Below, piece by piece: positions 11,911-23,980 of a DNA stretch of 64,000 nucleotides; positions within the stretch are counted from its first letter, which is position 1; every line of letters begins with the position of its first letter. The notes under the pieces were generated by a model. That model was given only the letters and a program-made list of their open reading frames with translations, made no database searches and had not been told where the DNA came from. Both the position numbers and the translations under genes were made by a program. The stretch is from Octopus sinensis (Eukaryota): positions 158,038,001 to 158,102,000 of the forward strand of contig NC_042999.1 of NCBI RefSeq assembly GCF_006345805.1. Reading direction: 5' to 3'.

Positions 11911-12567
11911 TATGATGAAGGGACACGCAGGCACAAATACAGACACCTAGACTTATGCATACATACAAACACACGCGCGCACACGCACAAACACACACAC
12001 ACACACGCACGCTCACGCATGCACACATGCACACACGCGCGCGCGCGCACACACATTTATCTGGATTAGATGTGCTAAGTTTTGATTGAGATAAATATAA
12101 ACTTGTTAGCTCTTCACCTATATCTGAAAGATATTTGAACCCGTAAGCAGGCTATTCGTTGCAGTTCGTCGTTGTGAAATACTCTTGCTGTAGACAAACG
12201 CTCACTTGCAGATTGATGGATGCATGCATTTCGAAGTGGTTATCTTCCCATGTAGCTTCTAATATCTTTTCATACAGCAAATAATTCGTAGGTATATTTG
12301 AATTGTTAACAAGTTTATTCTTTAATTCTTCTGCTTGTTTCAGTCATGTGACCGTGGCCATGCAGGAGCACCACCTTGAAGGGTTTTTAGTGAAACAAAT
12401 CAACCCCAAGACTTATTTTTAAGCGTAGTACTTATTCTACCAGTCTCTCTTGCCAAACCGCTAATTTACAGAGACCTAAATTCACCAACATCGTTATCGA
12501 GTGGTGATGGGGGGGGGGAGAACACAGACACAAAGGCAGGCAAACACACGTACACACACACACACAC

Positions 12568-12604
<37 letters not shown>

Positions 12605-13298
12605 GCGACGCGCTTCTTTCAGTTTCCGTCTACCAAATCCACTCACAAGCCTCTGGTTGGCCCGAGAACATAGTAGAAGACGCCTGACCAAGGTGCCACG
12701 CAGTGGAACTGAACCTAACCTGGAACCATGTAGTTGAAAAGCAAGTTTATTACCACAAAAATATATCTCAATCCCTTCTTAGCGCTTTTAATCCTTGTAT
12801 TACTGCAACCGGGCTACCGAAAAGCGCCACCACTATTTTTGTTCACTTTCAAGCTCTCCTTTCTCTTTTCGGGCTAACACAGAGATTTCCTTCGAGAGCA
12901 TGTCTAACCCTGCCTGGATTCTTCTTTTCCAATATGGATCTTTTCTTTTGTCACTCCCATTATGTTTCTTTTACAGGACATCAACAGCCACGTTTTCTGA
13001 TTTTGATTGGTTTGCTTTAAGAGAAAGTCAGTCTCTTAGGTAGTTCGGAGTCATTTCTCTTTTCGGTATTTCATGCTTATGAGAATATAACCATTTCGAA
13101 ATGCATGCATCGATGTATTCGGAAGAGGTCGCTTCAAATTGCCCCTTTTGTCTATAGACTACATCGAAAATATTTAGCCATGACAAACTGAAATGAATTG
13201 CTTTCTTACGGGTTTAAATATCTCTGAAACATATTTGAACTGCTAACTAGCATATATGCATATATATATATATATATATAATATATATATATATATAT

Positions 13299-13336
<38 letters not shown>

Positions 13337-13337
13337 G

Positions 13338-13368
<31 letters not shown>

Positions 13369-13728
13369 TGGTTGTGTGGTAAGTAGCTTGTTTACCAGCC
13401 ACATGGTTCCGGGTTCAGTCCCACTGCGTGGCACCTTGGACAAGTCTCTTCTACTATAGCCTCAGGCCAACCAAAGCCTTATATGTATATATATATATGC
13501 GTGTGTGTGTTTGTGTGTGTGTGTTTGTCCCCCTAGCATTGCTTGACAACCGATGCTGGTGTGTTTATGTCCCCGTTACTTAGCGGTTCGGCAAAAGAGA
13601 CCGATATAATAAGTACTGGGCTCACAAAAGAATAAGTCCCGGGGTCGAGTTGCTCGATTAAAGGCGGTGCTCCAGCATGGCCGCAGTCAAATGACTGAAA
13701 CAAGTAAAAAGAGAGAGTATATATATAT

Positions 13729-14250
13729 AAATTAGTATACATTCATACACAAAACAGGTGACCCTAACAGTTCACCTTACATGATAAAAGGAACAGTCAA
13801 AGTCCAAACCACGGTTAAGAGTAATTTCGAAGGGGATGAAAAAATAAAAACATTTTCAATAGTTACCATTGTACCTTGATTTCGAACATTAATGAACAAA
13901 TAAGATAATCTGTTTTCCGTGTTCTTCATCAGCAAGGGTGCTAATAATTAACATGTAATTATGGGACAAATAGAGAGCACTTGTCTCATTTTTATGCATT
14001 ATAATTTTTCAAATCCACTGCGCAAGCGCAGTTATAGTCGGCAGCAGATAAAAATTTATGTGCCGACTTTCTTCAAAATTACTAAAATCATATTAAGAAA
14101 ATATATACAGGGTAAAGAAATTGGAGAAATTTTCTACCAACGGCTAGCATGCATAAAATAGTCAATAGGCAACATATTATTCATATAAAATTAGTGTACA
14201 TTCATACACAAAAGAGGTGACCCTAACAGGACAACTTACATGCTAATTTC
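13729..14250 (-). mobile_element. (TA)n-flanked ~520-bp element with ~60-bp terminal direct repeats and an internal hammerhead (Penelope pLTR / retrozyme-like)
   Basis: aaattagt(a/g)tacattcatacacaaaa..aggtgaccctaacag starts at 13729 and again at 14188 (period 459 bp). Hammerhead at 13866-13938. Confidence 0.6.
13866..13938 (-). ncRNA. Type I hammerhead ribozyme with intact CUGAUGA/GAAA core
   Basis: Minus strand reads cccuug-CUGAUGA-A-gaac(33 nt)guuc-GAAA-UCAAG-GUA-caaugg. Confidence 0.6.
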
Positions 14251-14254
14251 TGGA

Positions 14255-14292
<38 letters not shown>

Positions 14293-15386
14293 CAGTCTTC
14301 TTTCAGTTTAAACCCTCCTTCTTCCCTTCCTTCCTGAGCGTCAAATAATACTATATTTGTTCCACATCCTCGCGTTGTTGTGTTTTCTCTTTGTGTTTTC
14401 ATGTTTGGATTAACTATATATATATATGAAAATAATAATGCAATACAAATGTATTATATTCCAGTAAAGGATAAAATATTAAGGGTAAAATATTGGTGCC
14501 TTGGTGTACCATTTATCTACTTTATATATATAATTCTCTACAGAGAAACCTATATATAACTGTGCCTGTATCTCTTATACAAAAAATTAATATTACAGCA
14601 TCATTTACTAAAGAAATTCTCTAAATCGATCATCGGACCTTACAGTATTGGAAAACACGAGATCGTCGTCGCTGTTTCATTTCCAGGCTACGCTTGCATA
14701 GAAAGTAACTTCCTTTAAATGGCTCTCTGTTAGAAACAACAACAACATCATTTTGCGTTCTAAGCCCAGGGTCTGTTTTATACTGGAAGGGTCAGTCAAA
14801 TATGTACCATTCATTATCAGTAAACCAGTAAGAAAAACTCTATGCTTCGTTGCATATTTTTTCTCTCTAAACTACAATCTCTACTTTGTTTCATATTTTC
14901 CTTGTTTTACATAGGTCTGTTGGTTTTAACTGCTTTATTAGTTGTATTAAGGGTATTTTTAAAATAACGGTTGTGGTCGAATGATATTTTATATTTTATC
15001 ATTCATTGAGAAATAGATATATTGCCCCAAGCAATATCTTCTTTTCACATAAATGATTTCTTTAAATAACTTCAATCATACGAGATGACTTTGTATTTTT
15101 TTTGCTTGTGTAATTTATCGCAACCATTTGTCTTTTTATGACTCCTCATTTTTTATTGAAGCTCGACTGATTTTTCTTCAACATAACACTTTCAGAATGT
15201 AATCTCGAGAAATATTTTTATGGCTCTAAATTCGCCATACGCAGAGAAGTTATATCATCCAAGAAATAAGAAAATGGAATCAAATATTACCTCTTAGTCA
15301 TGTTATGTCACTCTGACTCTGTCAACTGTATTCTAGTCAAAAGGACACGTCCAATGTTATATATGTATGTATATGTCGTATATGTA

Positions 15387-16300
15387 CAGTCCCGCCAGAG
15401 TAAGAAAATTTTCTTTAATATAGAAAAAAACACTTTATTGTATTAAAATGAATGCATCAAGTAAAAAATGAGTAATAAATAAGAAATAAATGGTAATTAA
15501 TATTTAATATAAAAACTGTCCACTTTTAGACGTGCTTATATTCTCATTGGCATGGATTCCACAAGCTTCTGGCAATATTCTGGTGTTATTTTAGTCACCC
15601 AATATTTCTTTAACTCGTCCACCAATATTGATTATCTGACGGCTGCTTTTGTTGAAGCTTTTTCTTAAGGTGACTTCAACAGTTTTCAATGTCATTTAAA
15701 TCGGGAGAGTTTCTTGGTCATCGTTGCTCTTCAGACTATTCTTTAACCATCATTACTGGAGTACCATCTTGCTGCATGATTGAGCAATTTCTAGTCTTGG
15801 CACTTATTCCTTTAAAATTTCTAGATAATCTTTTGCTTTCAATGTTGTTCCACTAAGCACCTCTGCCCTGGGCTGAAAAAGCCAAAATCATAACTGCAGC
15901 TGCAAAACGAACTGTTTTTCATGTATACCTTTCATCCAGGCGCTCACCTTTTGATCTTCTTACTTGAGGTTGATAACCATGGTATTGAGGAATCAATATC
16001 TCCCCAGTAAGCATTTGATCCACTCAATTGGTGTCCAATGCTCAAATCTTTTGCAAATTTTTTATTCGATCTTGGAAATTATTTTTGCTCAACCGAAATT
16101 TCGTTGCTGGTTTGTGTGCTCTGAGCTTAAAATATTTTACCAAACGACTTTTTAAGCGTTGATAAACTTTCATCATTTTTCTTATTTGTTGGTAATTGTA
16201 CATGCATCTCACTTGCAGGGAAGAAGTGATTTGCTCTCACGTAGCGGCGAAGAAAACGATCAGTTTGGCCTTCCTGGGTGAGAAATATATCAGAGTATAT
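15387..16300 (-). mobile_element. Decayed Tc1-like transposon (3' half plus TIR)
   Basis: TA-CAGTCCCG terminus at 15385-15394. Minus-strand remnants resemble QQDG, SPDLNxIEN and CQKLVESMP, with stops. Confidence 0.6.
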
Positions 16301-16455
16301 GTTATATGCTTTGTAACACCTCTTATTTCTAGCAATGTATGTGTTATTCCCACATTGAACAGGAGAAAGGATAATACAGTTCTATATTTAAGTGATGAGG
16401 AAATATTTACATTATTTACATTTGACGGATATTTGTCCTCATCTTGCTTGTTGTG

Positions 16456-16494
16456 AACACAACGTTTCGGCTGATATACCCTCCAGCCTTCATC
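16456..16494 (-). ncRNA. Truncated minimal hammerhead at a Penelope-like terminus, cut within the core by a SINE
   Basis: Minus strand reads GAUGA-A-ggcug(gaggguauau)cagcc-GAAAC-GUU-guguu. The C3U4 positions and the 5' strand of stem I are replaced by SINE sequence. Confidence 0.5.
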
Positions 16495-16566
16495 GGGCAT
16501 ATTGGCGTAGTGGTTAAGAACACGGGCTACTAACGCCAAAATTCCAAGTTCGATTCCAGGCAGTGA

Positions 16567-16621
<55 letters not shown>

Positions 16622-16642
16622 TAATAATAATAATAATAATAA
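16495..16642 (+). mobile_element. Short tRNA-derived SINE (74-bp head) with (AAT)n tail
   Basis: A-box TGGCGTAGTGG (16503-16513) and B-box GTTCGATTC (16548-16556), followed directly by (AAT)n. Confidence 0.7.
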
Positions 16643-16755
16643 TGAGATGATGATGATGATGAAGAAGAAGAGAAGAAGAAGAAGAAGAAGAAGAAGAAGA
16701 AGAAGAAGAAGAAGAAGAAGAAGAAGAAGAAGAAAGAAGAAGAAGAAGAAGAAGA

Positions 16756-18490
16756 ATAGAACAATAAGACAATAAAACTAATGGCGACATGACAGATGAA
16801 CAAAAGGCAATCTACGACAGAAAGGCAAGACTACAGGAGAACGATAACGATATTATTTGCAACCTTAAAAAGGTTGATTGATGGAAATTGAACCAAGAAT
16901 AGAAAAATGTCTATGAAATTCTGAAATACATCAGAAGAAGCAACATCACAGAAACAAATAATTTGATCAAGGCAGTCAGTATTGTTGTAGCAGAAAATGT
17001 GGGTGTTGATGTCAAGAAAAAGAAACGTAATGGGAGTGACAAAAGAAAATATATATGGTGAAAAGAAGAATCCAGGCGGGTTAGACATGCGCACGGAGGA
17101 AATTTCTGTGTTAGACCGAAAAGAGAGAGGGGAGCTTAAAAGTAAACTAAAATACAGGGCGCTGAAAAGGAAGTATGATATTGAAAGAAAGGACCTGAAA
17201 TGGGTAATGGAGGAACTGAAACTGCGCCTCGTTGCAAAGATGGTAAGATGCGACCAAAGAGTGAAGGGTTACCACCAGAATAGGTTATTTAGAGTAGATC
17301 AGAAGAGATTCTCTAAAGAAATAAATGGAGAGTGTACGGATGAAAAGTTGATACCAGATAACATTGAAAGTCAAAGGTTTTGGAGTGACATCTGGAGCAA
17401 AGACAGGGAGCACAAGAAGGATGCTGAATGGTTGCAAGAACTGAAACAAACAGTAGTCATTCCAAAACAGGCAGAACTAGTCATTTCAGTTAGGGAAGTG
17501 AAGGAAATCAGCAAAAAATTGAGCAACTTCAATTCCATCTGGCCCCGGACCAGATGGAATTCAAGGGTATTGGATCAAAAGATTTGGTGAGTATCATGCA
17601 CGAACAGCTGAGCAACTCAACACCTTGTTAAATGCCGACCAAGGAACACCAGAGTGGTTGACATTGGGTAGGACAGTGCTGTGCCTGAAAAACATCGAAG
17701 AAGGCATTACGGTAGACAATTACTGGCCGATATCCTGTTTGCCACTTCTGTGGAAGTTATTGACTGGAATACTCACAGAGTCAATGTACTAGCATCTGGG
17801 AAAAAAATGGAGTCCTACCACAAGGGTTGCAAGCATAAGTGCAGAGGTACCAAGGATCAACTCCTGATAGACAGAACTGTACTTAGACACTGCAAGAGGA
17901 GGAAACGTAACTTATCCATGTCATGGATCGACTACTGTAAGGCATACGATATGATCCCACATTCTTGGGTTATGGAGTGTATGAACCTATTTAGTATTGC
18001 ATCGAATGTTGAGCAATTGCTTGGCAAAAGTATGGCGAATTGGAAGATGACCTGATAGCATGCGGAAGAAGTTTAGGGACAGTAGAAATTAGGAGGGGCA
18101 TCTTCCAAGGGGACTGCTTGTCCCCACTGATCTTTGTACTGATTCTGAGGAAAGCAAAAGCTGGGTATATATTCAAGATCCGCCAACATAATGTCAACCA
18201 TTTGTTATTCATGGACGACCTCAAACTTTATGGTAAAGATGAAACCCAAGTCAGTTCCCTCGTTGATACGGTGTATACCTTCAGTGCTGATATCAGAATG
18301 GAATTTGGACTGAGAAAGTGTGGTGTGTTAGTCTTGAAGAGAGGCAAAATCAAATGTATGGACCGGCTAACGATACCGTTGGGGGAGGTTATGAAACAGA
18401 TAGAAGAGACAGGCTATAAGTACTTGGGGATTTTGGAAATGGAGAAATTGATGGAGAAAGAAATGACAGGAAAATTGAGCGGTTACACTC
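16756..18490 (+). mobile_element. Decayed R4/Dong-clade non-LTR retrotransposon (pre-RT and RT domains)
   Basis: Frameshifted ORFs contain [76 protein letters not shown] and YKYLGILE. The 3' endonuclease region is missing. Confidence 0.85.
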
Positions 18491-18497
18491 TTTAGAT

Positions 18498-19274
18498 ATG
18501 CATGCGTACTAAATTTTAACGCTGTTTACAGCAGTGCTTGGAAGGAAGATGTGTAGCGTGTGATCGTCGCATTGACTCTGACAAAGAATGTTGTCATGGC
18601 GACACCTGCTCAGGGGCCTATGAAAGTTGTAGAAAATGTATGGAGAGAAGTGAATGAGCCACACACAAGTGTATGAGAGGTTCAGTTGTTTTAAAGATTG
18701 CCGAAGAAATGTCGATAGTAACGAACGTTCTGGGAGACACGCAACCAGCAAAACTGAGTAAAACATCGCAGATGTTCGTGCAGCTGTGAGAGGAGATCGT
18801 CAAATCACCATCCGTGAATTATCAGAGGGGGACGTGCAGATTAGTTACGGTTCAGTTCAGTCCATTATCAGTGTTGATTTGGGCACGAGATGCGTTGTCT
18901 GCCAAGTTTGTGCCAAAACTGCTTTCAGCTGACCAAAAAGAAACTCGGGTTTAGGTTGCACAAGATCTCTTTGATTGTGTCGAGACCCATGAACAATTTT
19001 GAAAACTTTGCGTAGGCTTCTGAGTAGGTATCGTCAAGCTTGTGGATAAATTTGATGCAGATTCTCTGCTCAACTTTCTCTGTCATGGCCAATGCGACGA
19101 TTGCACGCTACACACCTTACTCCCAAGTACAGCTGTAAACAGCGAAAGTTAGCTAGAATGTTAAAACTTAGTGCGCATGCACAACAGAGATCAATGCCAA
19201 TTTGTGCGAACCCGCATAACTCTGCATGCTTCGTTACTCTGCCAACAGTCCGGATACTTTTTGATCAGAATACG
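18498..19274. mobile_element. Mariner-derived inverted (tail-to-tail) deletion derivative
   Basis: The + strand encodes the HTH region (RSGRHATSKT, DRQITIREL, SAKFVPKLLSADQK-like). The right end is an inverted 5' end encoding MTEKVEQRICIKF with TIR ...GGATACTTTTTGATCAGAATACG-TA. Confidence 0.8.
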
Positions 19275-19376
19275 TATAATATGAATGTATATATGTATGC
19301 ATGTACATGCACACAACACACACATGCGCACGCACACACACACACACACGCGCGCGCGCGCACACACACACGCATA

Positions 19377-19543
19377 CTTTATTATTATTAGAGCTGCAAA
19401 AACACCACAAGAATATCACGAAAAACTGTTACCCAGAGTTTCAAGCTCCCGTTTAAACTGTCCAATGAACGGAACCTTGAAACTCTGAGTAGCAGTTTTT
19501 GCGATATTTTTGTGATGTTTTTTCAGCTTTAATAATAATAAAG
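19377..19543. repeat. Fold-back/MITE-like element with ~68-bp inverted arms
   Basis: ctttattattattagagctg...cagagtttcaag pairs with cttgaaactctg...cagctttaataataataaag. Confidence 0.8.
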
Positions 19544-19631
19544 CTTATTACCCTACCTCCCGTATTCAAGTACTACTTTTTCCAACCTTGTTTCACATTT
19601 ATGAGCTTACTTTGTGTATAATATATATATA

Positions 19632-20232
19632 GATATATATATAATATATATATATTATATATATATATTCAATCGGATTTTGGTAAATTGTGCCTTTCGA
19701 AACACGTGTAGAATGAAATAAAACGATTTCTGTTCAATCTGCGTTCAGCTCCATTTCTTCAATTCACCAATAATATTTTAATTTCAATTATCCGCACCAA
19801 CGCACGGTTGCAACACCATATGGTTGTACCCCAACCGTGCTGTTTACTGCTGTGATTTTTGCTACTAAGGTATCGGTTAAACTTTTGATTAATCTACTAC
19901 AAGATTATTCATCTTCCTATTTCACATAAATATATATATATAATATATATATATATTATATATATATATATTCAATCGGATTTTGGTAAATTGTGCCTTT
20001 CGAACACGTGTAGAATGAAATAAAACGATTTCTGTTCAATCTGCGTTCAGCTCCATTTCTTCAATTCACCATAATATTTTAATTTCAATTATCCGCACCA
20101 ACGCACGGTTGCAACCACCATATGTTGTAACTCCAACCGTGCTGTTTACTGCTGTGATTTTTGCTACTAAGGTATCGGTTAAACTTTTGATTAATCTACT
20201 ACAAGATTATTCATCTTCCTATTTCACATAAA
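19632..20232. repeat. Direct tandem duplication with ~303-bp period
   Basis: The unit ttcaatcggattttgg...ctatttcacataaat starts at 19668 and 19971. Differences are mostly 1-bp indels. Confidence 0.9.
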
Positions 20233-20305
20233 TTATATATATATATATATATAATATATATATAATACCACATACATACATATATACATAGATAGATAGA
20301 TATAT

Positions 20306-20339
<34 letters not shown>

Positions 20340-20345
20340 CATACA

Positions 20346-20379
<34 letters not shown>

Positions 20380-20456
20380 ATAATAATATTAGGGAATAAA
20401 TCCAAACTTACAGGGATAAATTAGATTTAGGATTAAATCCAATTTTATAGTCTAAA

Positions 20457-20965
20457 TCTATATATATAAAACTGTAGTTGTGAGTGTCTGTCCCCTTCGA
20501 TTTAGATTCCTAACTACTCCCACATTTTGCGGTGCAGTTTAACCAAAACCGGGTATCTTATAGTCGTGATTCATATCGAGCCCGTCTGAGTATTAGCGCG
20601 CGTCTACGATGAGTCTACGATTTTAAAAATAATTTACATCATTTTTTATTCCATTTTAATGCATAATTTTTCGTCTGTCGAAGGCGGCAGAGTTGGCGTC
20701 CATGGTCACACCTGCACCTGTTTGTCTTCTCCCCTTCTTCCCTCCCTCGTGAAGCTGTGGGGAAGGGAGTGTAAGGAAATCAACGTCGTAAAGCGTTGTC
20801 AAGGAGACCAGCGTTCTTTTAGAACAACGACTTCATGGCTTGAAGACACCAAAACAGAATGGCTAAGAAAGCCCGGATCGGCATCTATAAGGGAAGTAAC
20901 TCTCTAAAAATGCTTATATAGTTATTTCCCTTACAAACCCGAGCAACGCCGGGCGATACTGCTAG
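20457..20965 (+). mobile_element. Non-autonomous Helitron, long variant
   Basis: A|TC 5' end, subterminal hairpin CCCGAGCAACGCCGGG, CTAG|T 3' end, no TSD. Confidence 0.85.
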
Positions 20966-21138
20966 TTATTATAATATTTTTTTGTTTACAAATTAACTGG
21001 CCATAACGGTTTTCTACTTCCAGTTTGAAGAAAGGTTACATACCTGGAGCCATTGGAGGAATCCGACAAGTCGTCTATGTAGCTATGGATACGAAATCAT
21101 CGGTCACTCTATGACATAACATATATTAGCTTCATATA

Positions 21139-21536
21139 TCTTTATATATAAAAGAGAGGTTGTGTGCTGTCTGTCTCCTACAATTTAGATTCCTAACTAC
21201 TCCCACATTTTGCGGTGCAGTTTAACCAAAACCGGGTATCTTATAGTCGTGATTCATATCGAGCCCTTCTGGCTATTAGCGCGCGTCTACGATGAGTCTA
21301 CGATTTAAAAAAATTTACCATATTTTTTCCCCATTTTAATGCATTTTTTTCGCTATTAAAAAAAAGGGAAGTAACTTTCTAAAAATGTCTACGATGAGTC
21401 AACGATTTAAAAAAAATTTACCATCATTTGTTTTCTATTTTTAATGCATTTTTTTGCTATTTTTTGGCTATAACTCTAAAAATGCTTTATAGTTATTTCC
21501 CTTACAAACCCGAGCAACGCCGGGCGATACTGCTAG
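21139..21536 (+). mobile_element. Non-autonomous Helitron, short variant
   Basis: A|TCTTTATATAT 5' end, same hairpin, CTAG|T 3' end. Confidence 0.85.
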
Positions 21537-21551
21537 TATATTATATTATAT

Positions 21552-21750
21552 TATATTAAATTAGAGATAAAACCACTATTAGACAAATCAAACAGTGAAA
21601 AAGATAAGCCAATACATAAATTAATTTAAAAATATAATATTCCAATACCGTCTAGGAAAGAATATATTTTATTTTAAAATTAATTATGTTTGGCTTATGT
21701 TTTTCACTGTTTGATTTGTTTAATAGTGGTTTTATCTCTAATTTAATATA
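21552..21750. repeat. Fold-back element with ~92-bp inverted arms
   Basis: tatattaaattagagataaaaccactatt... pairs with ...aatagtggttttatctctaatttaatata across a ~11-bp loop. A (TA)-rich tract follows. Confidence 0.85.
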
Positions 21751-22255
21751 AGATGTATATATATAGATATATATATATATATTATATATATATCTATATA
21801 TATAGATATATATATATATAATATATATTATATAATATATATATATATATATATATAACAAACACATACATACATATATACATACATATATAGGTACATA
21901 CATACATATATATATATGTATATATATGTAAATATATATATAAAATATATTTATATAATATAATGTATATGTATATATGTTATATACATATATGAATGTA
22001 TATATGTATATATATATATATATATATAATATATTATATATTAGGTATGTATGTATATATATATATTACATAATAATACATATATATATATATAGAGTTA
22101 CATTATCTACATAATATATATATATGTATGTATGTATGTACCTATATATGTATGTATATACGTAGTATATATATATATATATATAATATATATATTATAT
22201 CTATATATATATAATATAATATAGTATATATTATTAATATATATAGATATATATA

Positions 22256-22286
<31 letters not shown>

Positions 22287-22487
22287 TATACATATATATA
22301 CATATATATATATTTTGAAAAGCAGTATGATATATATCTATACACCCATTTTCTTTCTGGTCGTGTTCACCAATTTGTGGTAAAGTGATTATTCGGGCCG
22401 TACACCGAGCAAACACATTTCTTAATTCCATTACGTAGCCATTTCGAGAGAGGGAGAGAGAGAAACAATGAAAGTGAGTGTTTGTGT

Positions 22488-22525
<38 letters not shown>

Positions 22526-23296
22526 TGGGGGAGTGGGCGAATATGCTGAAATACTCGATTGGTCATTTCTATTTACTGACACTGATCCGCTGAAGAAATG
22601 AAAGGTGAAGTTGACCTCGGCATGGTTCGAATTCAGTGCGTTGAGCCCTAAGCTAATATGGTAAAATATTGCATCTGTATGACGATTGCCTATCTGCTAT
22701 CTTATAGTTATTGATGAATGTCATATGATATTTGATGTATGCAGATTCATACTCAGTATATTGAGAACAACAATAAACACATTGATTAGCAACGTACGAA
22801 CAGGACGAAAACAAATCGCTCATTCTTGATGAGATTTTCAGTTCCTGATTAAAGCAGAAATATTGGATACGTTAGTTTTGATTGTCATTGTTAACTTTCG
22901 TCATTTCCCTACATCCGTCGTATGAACAATGCTGCTAGTAAATCAAAAGTTCTTACTTCAATATGGAGATTATTTTCTCCTACATCACGATCTGGTAAGA
23001 TTAAAATACAGCTAGATCGCTGGTTCATATGCCTTACAGGAAAACTTCGTTGATATTAATTCGTGAAATCGATCCATCAAAGAAATATCATCAAAGTAAT
23101 TTGGTTACCAAACTGATCTGTGTTTTTATACCTTGGTTAACATTGCTTAAAGCCTGCTGATGAATATTTCCTAACCATTAGCTTAGATATTCAATTTTGG
23201 TGGATTTCAAAAAATACAAGATGTTTGTATGTAACCATCTATTGTTGCCCACTGACCTAACTAGTCAGAGATTTATCTATATATGCGCGCATTATT

Positions 23297-23383
<87 letters not shown>

Positions 23384-23660
23384 GTCTGTCTGTCTGTCTA
23401 TTTGTCTGTCTGTCTATTTGTCTGCCTGTCAGTCTATCTTCTTGCCTGTCTGTCTGCCTGACCGTGCCTGTCTGCCTGTGCCTTTCTGCTTATCTCTATA
23501 TGCATACACGAAGCAAGTCGGGAAACAGGTTACCAGTCCATGGTACTATTTTCCTGTGTTTTTTAAACTCTGTTCTATATGATAAAGAATAATTTCGCAT
23601 CTCTGAATAGCCATACATATTAAGTATTTATGAATCACTTGATGATTATATATATTAGGT

Positions 23661-23880
23661 GGAGGCGCAATGGCCCAGTGGTTAGGGCAGCGGACTCGTG
23701 GTCATAGGATCGCGGTTTCGATTCCAGACCGGGTGTGTGGAGTGTTTATTGAGCGAAAACACCTAAAAGCTCCACGAGGCTCCGGCAGGGATGGTGGTGA
23801 TCCCTGCTTTACTCTTTCACCAAACTTTCTCTCAACTCTTACTTCCTGTTTCTGTTGTACCTGTATTCAAAGGCCGGCCT
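23661..23880 (+). mobile_element. tRNA(Arg)-like SINE (probably octopus OR type), cut by the assembly gap
   Basis: Head GGAGGCGCAATGGCCCAGTGGTTAGGGCAGCGGACTCG...GTTTCGATTCC is shared with 45664 and 52697(-). The OR name is inferred from the Arg-like anticodon region. Confidence 0.75.
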
Positions 23881-23980
23881 NNNNNNNNNNNNNNNNNNNN
23901 NNNNNNNNNNNNNNNNNNNNNNNNNNNNNNNNNNNNNNNNNNNNNNNNNNNNNNNNNNNNNNNNNNNNNNNNNNNNNNNN
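23881..23980. other. Assembly gap (100 N)
   Basis: Run of 100 n; the true size is unknown. Confidence 1.

Noticed and set aside
16495-16568. Bona fide tRNA gene
   Set aside because: The acceptor stem is poor and it runs directly into an (AAT)n tail with no T-run terminator; better explained as a SINE head. The same applies to the other tRNA-like heads.
19690-19720. Hammerhead at GAAAC-ACGT-GTA-gaat
   Set aside because: Only the 3' half is present; there is no CUGANGA-like core upstream.
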